A model generated the notes under the pieces. The model had not been told where the DNA came from. It searched no databases and saw only the letters and a program-made list of their open reading frames with translations. A stretch of DNA of 64,000 nucleotides, taken from positions 1,820 through 65,819 of the forward strand of contig JBNLCO010000006.1 of assembly GCA_050303855.1 (NCBI GenBank). Reading direction: 5' to 3'. Of this stretch, positions 50,520 to 61,800 are shown in pieces. Source of the DNA: Candidatus Pacearchaeota archaeon. GTDB taxonomy: Archaea > Nanobdellota > Nanobdellia > Pacearchaeales > GW2011-AR1. Each line of letters begins with the position of its first letter. The first letter of the stretch is position 1. Both the position numbers and the translations under genes were made by a program.

Positions 50520-51452
50520 TTACTCAGATTTCTTTTTCTTAGACTCAGCTTCTTTCTGCTTTATCTTTTCCTCTAAATCTAATTTCTCTATTAATTCCTT
50601 ATATCTATTTCTAATTGTAACTTCAGTAATACCTGCAATATCTGCAACCTCTCTTTGAGTTTTCTTCTCATCATTCATTAGTGCAGCAACATATAAAGCT
50701 GCAGCAGCAATACCCGCTGGACCTCTTCCTGAAGTCAACTCAACACTTTCTGCCTGCTTCAAAACCTTCAAAGCATCATTCTGAGTCTTAGGGCTAAGCT
50801 TCAACACCGAAGAGAATCTTGAAATATAATCTTTGGGTGAGCTCTGAGCAACCTTAATTCCCAATTTTCTTATAATAAATCTATATGTTCTACCAATTTC
50901 TTTTCTTTCAACATCTGAAGCAGTAGCCATCTCATCCAAGGTTCTTGGGATATTATAACTTCTACAAGCAGCATACAAACAAGCAGCAATAACTGACTCC
51001 ATGCTCCTACCTCTTACCAAACCCCTCTGTAAAACATAATTATAGATTCTTGAAGCTTCATCTCTTACCACATTAGGTAAATTCAAATAAGAAGCAATAA
51101 CCCTCAATTCAGCCATAGCCAATCTCAAATTTCTTTCAATACTTGTACTAACTCTTTCTTGCCATTTTTTTAATCTTAAGAATTTCCTAGTATGTTTTGG
51201 ATCCAATCTATAGATATCTGAAATTTCTCCAACATTTGTAGTTAAACCCTTATCAAATTTCTGCATAGAAATAGGAGCTCCACCCCTACCCTTTTTCTCA
51301 GATTTATCAAACTTACCAGATAAGTCTACTCCAGTATCAACCATCTTATCCTCAACAACAAGACCACAATCATTACAGATAACTTCCCCCAAATGAGAGT
51401 CATACGTTAAATTAACACTTCCACACTCAGGACATCTTCTTATATTCGCCAT
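50520..51452 (-). CDS. tfb: Transcription initiation factor IIB
   Basis: CPECG...CNDCG Zn ribbon, RGRSMES, GRGPAG, TQREVA...TEVTIRNRYKEL. Confidence 0.96.
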   Translation of the reverse strand: MANIRRCPECGSVNLTYDSHLGEVICNDCGLVVEDKMVDTGVDLSGKFDKSEKKGRGGAPISMQKFDKGLTTNVGEISDIYRLDPKHTRKFLRLKKWQERVSTSIERNLRLAMAELRVIASYLNLPNVVRDEASRIYNYVLQRGLVRGRSMESVIAACLYAACRSYNIPRTLDEMATASDVERKEIGRTYRFIIRKLGIKVAQSSPKDYISRFSSVLKLSPKTQNDALKVLKQAESVELTSGRGPAGIAAAALYVAALMNDEKKTQREVADIAGITEVTIRNRYKELIEKLDLEEKIKQKEAESKKKKSE

Positions 51453-51548
51453 TTTTAGAATTTTACTATTCAAAAGTTTAAGTAAGGTTTATAAACCTTT
51501 TCCATTTATAAAGCTTTCGGTAGATGTCGTCGTAAAAAATAGTAAAAG

Positions 51549-51917
51549 TTATTCTACAAGAATTCCGTTCAAAGTTCCTTCTTGGGTAGGTCTACTAGTA
51601 ATTCTAACCTTTCCTTTAGAGGTCTCAACAATTGTCCCCTTTGTAATAACATTCTGTCTTGCAAGGAATCTATTTGAAGGAGTTTCAAGAACATTACTTA
51701 TCTCTGCTTTGATAGTCTTTCCTTTATCTTGAATATTAACTGACTTAGCCCTAAGCAAAATAGTCTTCTTATTTCCCCCTAAAACTTTAGAAGATTTTCT
51801 CTTATCAGACTCAGAAAGCTTGACCAGCTTCTTCTGACCAGTTCTTTCATTTTTCTTCTTCTTTCTCTGTTTAATGTACTTCCCACCGGAAATCTTTTTA
51901 CCTTTCTTCGTTGTCAT
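51549..51917 (-). CDS. rps8e: 30S ribosomal protein eS8
   Basis: GGK..., GGNKK, ITKGTIVET, ITSRPTQEG; true start ATG 51917 (track ORF over-extended). Confidence 0.92.
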   Translation of the reverse strand: MTTKKGKKISGGKYIKQRKKKKNERTGQKKLVKLSESDKRKSSKVLGGNKKTILLRAKSVNIQDKGKTIKAEISNVLETPSNRFLARQNVITKGTIVETSKGKVRITSRPTQEGTLNGILVE

Positions 51918-52014
51918 GTTAATCTGATTGAAATTTGATTTAAAAACCTTACTAAAGCGACCCAGATTCAAACAAAGAGAAATGTTTAAAAACAAATTTC
52001 TCAATAATCCCATT

Positions 52015-52266
52015 ATGGTTAACGGATACGAAAGACCTCTTGACCTTTTGAACAACTCAAAGGGAAAGGAAGTTTTAGTGCATTTGAAAGGCGACAAACA
52101 GTTCGTAGGAACTTTGCTAGCTTTTGACATCCACATAAATCTTGTGTTGGATAACGTCAAAGAAATGCAAAACGGAGAATTAAAGAAAAGTTTAGGATTG
52201 ACTTTCCTTCGAGGAGATACAATCATATACATTTCTCCAGCTTCAACAGCACTAAAGAAAGAGTAA
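52015..52266 (+). CDS. Sm/Lsm RNA-binding protein
   Basis: RPLDLL, GTLLAFDIHINLVL, FLRGDTI; start ATG 52015. Confidence 0.92.
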   Translation: MVNGYERPLDLLNNSKGKEVLVHLKGDKQFVGTLLAFDIHINLVLDNVKEMQNGELKKSLGLTFLRGDTIIYISPASTALKKE

Positions 52267-52370
52267 ATTGCGATTATGCCTAATTAATTTTCGCGAGGCC
52301 GATTTCTGGCTTATTATTGATAGTGTGAGCTTTAGGAAATTTTATTAAGTATCATTTACTAAAAAAAACA

Positions 52371-52592
52371 ATGACAAAAGAAAAAATTCAAACAGACAAA
52401 AATTGGCAATATGAAACTGGGTGGGCTATGGCTTTCTTTGCGATATGCCTATTTATTTTAACCTTTTTTGAATTTGGGACAAATTTATGGAAAGTTAGTT
52501 TTTCAATGGGTTTTGTATTCTCAATAGTTTCTTATATATTGATTTTTATAGGTCAATTGAGAGAGAAATGGAAACACATTAAATGGTTATGA
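52371..52592 (+). CDS. Small membrane protein
   Basis: Two TM helices. Confidence 0.5.
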   Translation: MTKEKIQTDKNWQYETGWAMAFFAICLFILTFFEFGTNLWKVSFSMGFVFSIVSYILIFIGQLREKWKHIKWL

Positions 52593-52630
52593 ATCACTAA
52601 TTATAAAAATCCTTTTTCTTTGTATATTCC

Positions 52631-53539
52631 ATGACAGAGAAAATAAAAATAACATTTCTAGGAACATCTGCAAGCATTCCTACTTTGAAGCGAAATCACA
52701 CCGCAATACTTCTTCAATACAAAAAAGAGAATATTCTAATAGATTGTGGAGAAGGAACTCAGAGACAATTCCGTAAAGCTAAACTAAACCCTGGAAAATT
52801 AACAAAAATTCTAATAACTCACTGGCATGGAGATCATGTCCTAGGTCTCCCCGGATTATTCCAAACCCTAGCTCTAAGCGAATATAATAAAGAACTAAGA
52901 ATATTTGGTCCAAAGAATACAAAAGAATATCTAAAAAACTTCATAAGAATATTCGTTCCCGTTTTTAGATTTAAAGCAAAAATAGAAGAAGTAACAAAAA
53001 AACAAAAATTCTTTGAGGACTCTGAGCTATACTTAGAATCTGAAATAATGGAACATGGAATTCCCACAAACGCATATAATTTTGTAATAAAAGATAAACT
53101 TAGAATTGACAAAAACAAACTAAAGAAAGCAAAAATTCCTCACGGAAAGCATTTATCCGAATTAAAGAATGGAAAGAACATAAAAGTCAAGGGAAAAACT
53201 TACAAGGCAAAAGATTTCACCTATTTAGAAAAGGGAAAGAAAATCTCATTCATAATTGATACGGTTTTCAACAAGAAAATTGAAAAATTTGTAGAAGACT
53301 CTGATCTATTAATTTGCGAAAGTAGCTTCGATGACACTGAATCAGAAACTGCAAAGGAACACAAACACATGACTTCAGGACAAGCAGGACAAATTGCAAA
53401 ACGTGCCAATGTCCAAAAACTTATTCTAACTCATATTTCACAACGTTACGAAACAAGACTTGATGAATTATTAAAAAATGCAAAGAAACATTTCAAGAAT
53501 TCTTCTATAGTAAATGATTTTGACACAATTGAGATATAA
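52631..53539 (+). CDS. rnz: Ribonuclease Z
   Basis: FLGTS..IPT..RN, DCGEGTQ, THWHGDH, THISQRY. Confidence 0.95.
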   Translation: MTEKIKITFLGTSASIPTLKRNHTAILLQYKKENILIDCGEGTQRQFRKAKLNPGKLTKILITHWHGDHVLGLPGLFQTLALSEYNKELRIFGPKNTKEYLKNFIRIFVPVFRFKAKIEEVTKKQKFFEDSELYLESEIMEHGIPTNAYNFVIKDKLRIDKNKLKKAKIPHGKHLSELKNGKNIKVKGKTYKAKDFTYLEKGKKISFIIDTVFNKKIEKFVEDSDLLICESSFDDTESETAKEHKHMTSGQAGQIAKRANVQKLILTHISQRYETRLDELLKNAKKHFKNSSIVNDFDTIEI

Positions 53540-53546
53540 AGATAAA

Positions 53547-53672
53547 TGCCCCGGACAGGATTCGAACCTGCGACTTCCAGCTTACTTTCCAGACTTAACT
53601 GGATAGAAGGTTTGCCTAAATCTCATTTTATTCAATTTATCTGGCACTCTATCCAGGCTGAGTTACCGGAGC
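53547..53672 (-). tRNA. tRNA-Arg(TCT) with two introns: 30/31 (53611..53640) and 37/38 (53583..53603)
   Basis: Removing both gives GCTCCGG..GGATA..CCAGC CTTCTAA GCTGG..TTCGAAT..CCGGGGC A; each intron forms a BHB-like motif. Confidence 0.85.
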
Positions 53673-53706
53673 ATATTATAATCATATAAAATAGGGTTTA
53701 AAAGTT

Positions 53707-54444
53707 TTACATTTCATAAAGACTTTCTGGAATTAATTCATTTTGCAAGATCAATTCTCTTTGTTTAAGAGAAGAAGGGGTTGGACAAAAACCATGTTTT
53801 TTCCAGACAAGATATTTCGTAAATTTAGAGTAATTATTGAAACCTATAGAATCCATCCATTTATTTATTCTTTCTGGACCCCTAACAGCAATCCGATAAA
53901 CATCTGCCTCATTAACCTTCTTCTTTGAAGAAAAGTGAACAGAATGGCCAATGTTCAAGAAATCCAACAAAAAACTCAAATCAAAAATAATTTGCTTAGA
54001 AACAACACCAATAAAAATCCTCGGATAAGTATGATATTTTCTCTTAAAAGAAGAATATCCTTTTTCATAACGTTTCATAAAATTTAAACAACCATCACAA
54101 TCAGCAAAACCCCTTATAAAAGCCGAAATTATGTTCTTGTCTTTAGAAAATAAAATTTCATGTGGAATTTTTACCGAATAGGTCTTTCTACGAGTAAAAC
54201 CAAAATCCTTGAAAATCTTAATTATCTCCTTCCTACAGATGTAAAACCCATAAACAGAATTGCTTTCTTTCTCATGTGCATTTACATTTATTCCAAATAC
54301 TTTAGAAAACAAAGGGCAAACAACCCTATCATAGTATTCCTTATCTTCATGAATATTGCCCCACATACTAATATGATTCTCCTGCAAATTCCCATCTGCT
54401 GCAAACATTCCAAATATTTCCGAAAGACCTTCTGTAATCTCCAT
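53707..54444 (-). CDS. Free-standing LAGLIDADG endonuclease
   Basis: IFGMFAADG and FIRGFADCDG; stop 34 nt upstream of tRNA-Arg(TCT). Confidence 0.9.
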   Translation of the reverse strand: MEITEGLSEIFGMFAADGNLQENHISMWGNIHEDKEYYDRVVCPLFSKVFGINVNAHEKESNSVYGFYICRKEIIKIFKDFGFTRRKTYSVKIPHEILFSKDKNIISAFIRGFADCDGCLNFMKRYEKGYSSFKRKYHTYPRIFIGVVSKQIIFDLSFLLDFLNIGHSVHFSSKKKVNEADVYRIAVRGPERINKWMDSIGFNNYSKFTKYLVWKKHGFCPTPSSLKQRELILQNELIPESLYEM

Positions 54445-54514
54445 TTCCTAAGAAATAAATAAACAGAAAAATAAATAAAAATTTAGCTAAACCCCAAAGT
54501 AACAACCAAGAAAA

Positions 54515-54925
54515 CTATATAGAAACAAGAATCAATCCAACTATAACTAAGTTGATTAACCAATAAACAGCATTAAAACAAAATAACGCCCAAGGCTTCA
54601 TATCCCACAATACACTTCCTAAAAGAGTTGTACTAACAAAGAATCCTAACCATATCCAAAGTGCAAGTGTTAAAACTCCACTAACCGTAATCATCCCTGT
54701 AGCTAAAATCAATAAACCAAATACACAAACCATAATAAAGGTCCCAAGAATATTCAATATCATAGCCTTAGCCATAACACCTTTCTTAGGCTTCTTCCCC
54801 TTCATATTCATACCATTTAGCCTCATCCAAGTCTTGCTAAAGATAACTCCATACCAAAGCCACCCAAATACAAAGCTAGCTACAAGAGCTACAACAACAG
54901 ACAAATAGTTTAAATCACCTAACAT
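54515..54925 (-). CDS. DUF1761-like membrane protein
   Basis: NYLSVVVA...GWLWY..FSKTW; 4 TM. Confidence 0.7.
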   Translation of the reverse strand: MLGDLNYLSVVVALVASFVFGWLWYGVIFSKTWMRLNGMNMKGKKPKKGVMAKAMILNILGTFIMVCVFGLLILATGMITVSGVLTLALWIWLGFFVSTTLLGSVLWDMKPWALFCFNAVYWLINLVIVGLILVSI

Positions 54926-55004
54926 AAAAGAATGAAATGAAATTCATTTTAAATACTTTTCTAAATCATAGATTTTAAAAACTTAAAACTAGTCCAATAA
55001 TTAT

Positions 55005-55077
55005 GCGGAGGTGGCACAGCGGCTACTGCGGTCGGCTGCAACCCGGCTTTTCGTGGGTTCGAGTCCCACCCTCCGCT
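55005..55077 (+). tRNA. tRNA-Cys(GCA), no intron
   Basis: GCGGAGG/CCTCCGC, U73; GTCGG CTGCAAC CCGGC; GTGGG-TTCGAGT-CCCAC. Confidence 0.93.
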
Positions 55078-55125
55078 TTCAAAATTCTATAAATCTTTAT
55101 AAAATACTTATCCCAAAAAAAATAC

Positions 55126-55836
55126 ATGAACAAAGCTACAATTTTAGGAGGATTAGCAACAATCTTAGCTCTAACAAGTTGTTCGATAGAAAATAAAATA
55201 CAAGAAAATCCAAAACCAAGAGCAACTTATCAAGAAAACGGACTTGCAAACATCTCAATACCAAAATATGAAAAGATTGGAGAGATAGGCGAACTAAAAA
55301 TTCAAGGTTTTAACAAATATTTTATACAAAAGATAGAAATAAGTGATACTGCAAATAATGAAGAAATGCTCCCTTTCATAATATATGATTTCAACAAGGA
55401 AAACAAAAAACTAGTCAAACAAAACATTAATCCAGACAACGAATACATTTTCTTAAAAGCAAGGGCAGAAACACCTTCCAAAAACAACCTTATTCAAGAA
55501 CTAGAAATACTGGGATATCGTTCAAAAAATCCTAGCCTCCAATCAGATTCAACAATAAGGGTTTACACCATAGACAATATCCAAAGGGCCTTAAAACCGT
55601 TCAGCCTATTAAAAACAGATTACATATATCCTTTAGTAACAACCAGCGATGAAAAAGCAGAAGGAAAAACACCCTTTTATGTAATCCCTGCTAACAACAA
55701 CATAGAAATCTCTGAAGAAAACGAAAGTGCACTAATAAAAACTCCTGGAGAAATATACAGAGGGATCAATCCAAAAATAGCAACTCCCTTTGAAAATATA
55801 AGAAAATCGGTTATAGATTTAAGAGATTTCTTCTAA
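55126..55836 (+). CDS. Putative lipoprotein
   Basis: Signal peptide ending LALTSC (lipobox-like). Confidence 0.55.
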   Translation: MNKATILGGLATILALTSCSIENKIQENPKPRATYQENGLANISIPKYEKIGEIGELKIQGFNKYFIQKIEISDTANNEEMLPFIIYDFNKENKKLVKQNINPDNEYIFLKARAETPSKNNLIQELEILGYRSKNPSLQSDSTIRVYTIDNIQRALKPFSLLKTDYIYPLVTTSDEKAEGKTPFYVIPANNNIEISEENESALIKTPGEIYRGINPKIATPFENIRKSVIDLRDFF

Positions 55837-58800
55837 AGTTCACTCCCAGATTTAGCACCTTTAGATTGCAAATAACTAACAACATCAACATTATTAAGTT
55901 GAACAGCTCGATCTAACGCTGTTTCTCCAGAATCACTTTGGGTATTAACCTCTGCACCATTTTCAACAAGATATTTTACAATGTCAACATCTCCCTTAAT
56001 AGAGGCATGTATAAGAGCGGTCCAACCTTCTATACCATCTTTAACACTAACATCTGCACCATTTTCAACAAGATATTTTACAAGGTCAAGATGTCCAAGA
56101 CGAGATGCATAAATCAAAGGAGTCCATCCATCATCATCTTTAACATTGATATCAGCTCCTTGTTCAATCAAGGACATTATCTCAGCCCTATTATTGTCAT
56201 CCAGACCTCTATAAAGAGCATCAACTAACTGTTGATCAAGATTATCTAAACCAATTCCCTCAATACAAGTTTTAGTCAAGCCTGGTTCCTGAACACAATT
56301 CTTGCCTAATTTGTAACCAATTGATGCGCAAAGATTAGCATCGCAATAATTAGAAGTGCCACTTGTAGAACTTATACTTGTTATACAATCACTACACTGT
56401 GTTGCACTAGAATAAACGTCCCTTTGTTCAGCAGAAAGAGTATTCCAATTCGGAATATCAGAAGTGTCGTCTTGAGCAGGTTGTGCTTCTTTACAACTCA
56501 AGAACCCATATTCACAAGTCTTACCAATTCTTTCCCCAATATCTAAGCATTCAGTCTCACCACAGAAGTTACCCAAACCAGACCCACAATCATTACACTG
56601 AGTTGCTTCATATATTGATCTTAATTCTCTATCTGTGTACCCTTCTCCTGCACGACAATTGTATATAGGAGTATCACTTATATCTGCACCCTTTGCATAA
56701 TACTGACAAGAAGCGCCTAATTTTTTACCAATAACTGCACATAAATTACTATCACAATCATCAGGATAACTCTCACAATAAACGCAACTAGGAGCATCAT
56801 AAAGTATTGAAATTTGTTTTGAAGTAAACCTGCCCAAATCGGTGCTTCCTAAATTCTCACTCTCCCAAGAATCCAATTTTTGAGAATCAACATCCTGTGT
56901 AGACTCAATTATTGAATTATCCGACAAATCATAAAGCAGGGCAGCCCCCTCAAAATAAGTCTTATCAACAAGGCTCACGGTAACAGATTGTATTGGATCT
57001 GAAGGAATTGAACCTACAACCTTAGCTTCACCTGAAACCAAAACCTGACTAGCAGCTTTATTAAATGAAACGTCCGAAACATCAAACCAATAACGTGGAT
57101 CAATACCCCTAGTAGGATTAAATTCCCATACACCTTCTTTAAATCTAAAGTAATAAGGCTGTTCATTAAAAGAAAGATCTACCTTAAAGATACCTTCACT
57201 ATTCAAATTAACATTCTCTGTTTTCAAATCCGGACTAGAACTAATGAAATTAATTCTACCAAACAAAACACCCCCACTGAAACTAAGAACATTATTTATA
57301 ATAACTCCAAGACCCTCTATGTAGTTGCCATTACGTTCTTGAAGAGAAGTAATTATTTGTCTATTCACCTCCAATGAAACTGCCTTACCTTCAATACTAT
57401 CGCTAACAGAATACCAAAAATTATCTTTGGGATTAAACCAATACCAACCTCCCTCTTGGAACTTATAGTGAACATTTCTATAACTAGTTCCATCTTGGAA
57501 TTCAATATCAGGAGAAGAATATCCTGAAGAAAACTTGGCTAAAACACTACTAACTCCCGTACCACCAGTACCCGTAGAAATAGTTGTGCCACTTAATTGA
57601 GGAGATCTATATAGATAAACAGGATGAACATCAGAAGTTAAATACAAATTCGTGTATCTGTAAGTATTACAATATTGTTCCTCATTAACTTTACCCTTAT
57701 TAAGAGTTCTAACATACTTATTATCTTCTCCACAAACAAGCCCATTTTCATCTTTCTCATCGATCTTCAAATCTGCACCATTCCAATCAAAGATTCTAGC
57801 ATATCCAGTAACAGAAGTAGTTTCTTCATTTGTGGCAGGATTAATCCAAGAAATAAATATAACCGAGTGAGGCAATTTAGAGGCCCAAACAATATCCAAC
57901 TGGTCTCCAGGTTGAAGAGATGCTAGTTTAGTATCATAGTTATCTTCTCCGATCTTATTATAACCTGTTCCAACTTGGAAAATAACACTTCCTTGAGAAG
58001 TTTTATCTACGCCAATTGTAACTTTTGAATTTGAATCCTTTAAGGTATAGGTGGCCCCAGATTTATCTGCATAAGAAGGAACAGCAGAAACCCCTGCATA
58101 TTGGTATACATAAACAGCAGCACTATAGCACGCATAATCTCCAGAGAAAGCCAAACCCCCATCTAATTTTTCTGCAGCTTTCAATACTCTTTGCCGAGCA
58201 TCATCAATTGAAGAAATATCACTAGGAACTTGAGGCAAGATGCAAACGTTTCCTTGGTCATCAACAATTGTTCCAAGGTCCACACTATTTGTTTTTATTT
58301 GTTCAATCTTACCAAATTCCAAACCAGAAAGATCTCCATAAGCCAAACCTCTCAAGAAATAAAGTTCAGCTTTTTGATTACTAAAGAATACCTTATCCAA
58401 AATATTATTTATTATTTCTATCTTCTTAGAAGAATCAGATTCTTTCTTAACGTCTCTTAAAGTCTGACTATAATTCTGATTGTTAACATAATCTCCAGAA
58501 TTTACCAAATCATCAAGATAACTCTGAGCGGTGTCATTTAAAACAGAATTCTCAACATCTAAGGATTTAATAGCATCTTTAACGGAATCAGTATCTAGCC
58601 AACAACCAACGTTTGTATCTGTACAGTAACCCACTTTTCTCCATCTTGCATTTTCAGTCCCATCCTTAGCATCCGTTCCAATACCAGGGCTGTTTGTAGC
58701 ACAAACTCTTGTAATACCTTTTTGGTACAGCTCAGGGTTGATTAAACCTTCAGCCACATCTTGAAGGTTAGGATTCAATAAGCTATACAAACTAGCACTT

Positions 58801-61800
58801 CCAGAAACACATTCTTCTTCTGTTGTAACCCCCGAAGTAGTTTGTTCCTGCAAATACAAATCATTAACATAATTAACTGCAAAAGAAGTTGACACTTTTC
58901 CGAAACCACACTCTTCCTGATTATTTACAACAATACATAATTGGGTATATCCTGAAGGTGCAGTAAAGTCAACTGTATCTGAAGCATAATCTCCTACTGA
59001 AACGTAACCGGAATCAACTACTCTATTAAGCGCGCTATCTTGATAGAAACTCCCACTTCCACCCTTAAGATAAACTCTGTAATAAGCTCCAGAATCTTGT
59101 CCAGAATAAATGTGGTAATAAACCTTATACTGTGAGGTGGGAGGATTTGTTGCGGTAGTAAATGGAATCTCATCAAAGCTTCCTGTAAATTGCGGAGGCG
59201 AACGTGGAGTAGTTAAACTATCTAATAATTCAGCACTAGAAGGGTAAACCGTAGATACATAACTTTTACAAACCGCAGTTCCAGCTTCATCAACACTTCT
59301 AACTTTGAAAGCATTATAAGATTCAGAAGCATAATATTGTTTAAAGTAGTCTAAAGAATCTTTTGCATTATCCCATGCACTCTGTAATCCCAGATATTCT
59401 CCTCCACCACGGGTGTTCTCTCCTGAAATTAATCCAATTAATTTTGGAACAGCTACTTTAGCCAAAGGTATTGATTGTCTCCAAAAGAATTCACAAGCAT
59501 AAACACTATGTATCTCGTCACAAACACCAATAGTTTCTCCACTCTCCAAATTTTCCTGCAAACAATCCCTATATGATTCCTGGACACTTATCCATGAATC
59601 CAAACCAGCTTGAACACCTGTTGTACAAACCGGAACCTTTATCCCCTCTTTATAATTTGGTGCACAGAGAGCAATACTTCCAACTATTCCTGTCTGAACA
59701 ACATCCTTAACAGGGTAAGCCCCTCCAAAATCACATCTTGAGCTAGGACAAACAACAGGATCACAAACATTAAACAATAAATTACATTCTTTAGGAGACA
59801 TGAAATCTTGACACTGAACTGCGGGAGTTTCTACCGCAGGTTCTCCAACTTTGTAATTCTGACCGTTGATTCTAACAGAATTAACTCCATTCTTATAAGC
59901 TCTCTGAGCCTTCTCAATCGAATCAACAGCATCAGTTACAAGCCTTGTAGTTTTACTTTCACTCAATCCAGCAAATTGATTATAAACAGTTCCAGGAACC
60001 CCCACATTAATTTGTTGGCAAATATCATCTCCTAAACCAGAACTAGAAAATTCTTCCAAACCATTAGATCCAACGTTACATAACCAGAAACTATTCAATC
60101 TACCTGAAGCATCATAAGCAGTAATCTGACTTCCAACAGGAAGCTTAGGTTTAGTTGCAGCATACCAACCATCATTTGTATCTAAAGGAACAATCGCAGG
60201 ATAACCTTTGTAAGGGTCTTCCTCATAATACCTTACTTCTGGATTCTTATAACTATTCTCATATGAACCTTCATCATATTTATCAAAAGCTAAACTCAGA
60301 GGGTTTACTTTATCATTAACCATAACCAACTGACCATTCAAAGGATTTAACTGGAATGTTCTAGTAACAATATAATCATCATTCAAAACCAAAAGATATT
60401 CCCTATTAGTAGCTATATCAACAACCGGATAAACCAATTCATTATCCGCAATAAGATAATCTGCAGGGTTTCCAGGGAAGATAATCGAATTTGGAAGTAA
60501 AACAACACTCATCCCTCCAGGATATGAACTTTCAACATCTGCCCAAGTCTTTAAATCAGAAACCTGAATTCTCTTTATCTTATCATCTGAAGAAATAAAT
60601 CCTCCCTGGTGACCCTCTAGAGAATACTTGTCAAAGAAAGAAGTTCTTTCTACAAAATTCCCTGCGTTATTTTGAACGTCATAAAGCAAAGAGTAAAGTG
60701 TTTGGCTGTAAGACTTCTTGCTCTCAGCATCATTTGTACTCTTAACTAAAGTTGCATAAAGCTCTATATCTTTAAGATCATCTATGCTATAGATACCACT
60801 TTCCCAACCCTGGTAACTTAACAAATTCTTAATTTCATCAATCTCAAGAGGTTCATTTTTACCAGTAGGATCGACGAAAGTATTACCCAAGCCCACTAAA
60901 GAATCAGATCCAATCTGAGAATAATCCTTCATAAATTCCTGTTGATCAACAACCTTATTTGTTAAAGTTCCTGTTTGCAAAGAATCAGCTTCAAGTTGTT
61001 TTATTCTTTCATTCTGAGTTTGTATTGTATTGAAAACTTCATCAACTTGAGAATCTATCTCATCAGAATTCTCAAGGAAACAATCATCTAGAGAAATATA
61101 ATTCCCTTTACTTACTTCACTAGCACAAAAATCATTCCACCCTCCAGAACTACGCATGACCTTCTGTCTCGCTATAGATTTACCATCCGAGTTAGCCAAG
61201 AAATTCTTAGCAGTTAAAACAGCTCCTGTTGCTAAACAAACCTTAGCACTAGCTTCATTAAACGTATTGAGAGCATTTGAAGCCTTTTCAAGATCAGAAA
61301 TTGCATTACTTAAACTATCAACCCTATTCTCAATCTGTTCGTCAGAAAGTTGTATTGAACGTTTCTCTATGCCAATATTAAATCCAAATTCAGATTCAGA
61401 ATTCTGATAATTAAAACTTGGAACCACTGAAACCCTTGCAACCTTTTCTATGTTAGTATCAGTAAGGGTTAAACTATACCCTCCTCCAATACCTCTTGTT
61501 TCATCAATATCAAAAGTATAGCTATTCAAAGAAAATAATTGATTTGCAAGATTTTCTCCAGAAACATAAACCGTAACCCTTGCAGAATCTTCATCCACCG
61601 AATCTAGTTTAATATATTCTGAACCAGAAGCATTATCTTTTAAATTCAAATATACAACTTTATCCTTTCTTAATTGATAAGTCTGGATCTTACCGTCCGA
61701 ACTTCTTATCAAAACTTCTGCACCGTATTCTTGGTAAGTAGGCTCTTTTATACCTTCAAAGGAAATTGTTTTTATCTCTCCGTTAACTAAAACATCTCTA

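Noticed and set aside
51918..52232. Apparent long overlap between eS8 and Sm ORFs
   Set aside because: Artefact of upstream alternative starts; the real starts are 51917 and 52015 with a divergent promoter gap.
52267..52340. eL37 gene or small RNA after the Sm gene
   Set aside because: No eL37-like ORF; only short weak stems (GCGA/TCGC, AGGCC/GGCTT), not enough to call.
55005..55836. Integrated element at tRNA-Cys or other tRNAs
   Set aside because: No integrase and no duplicated tRNA 3' end seen in the window.
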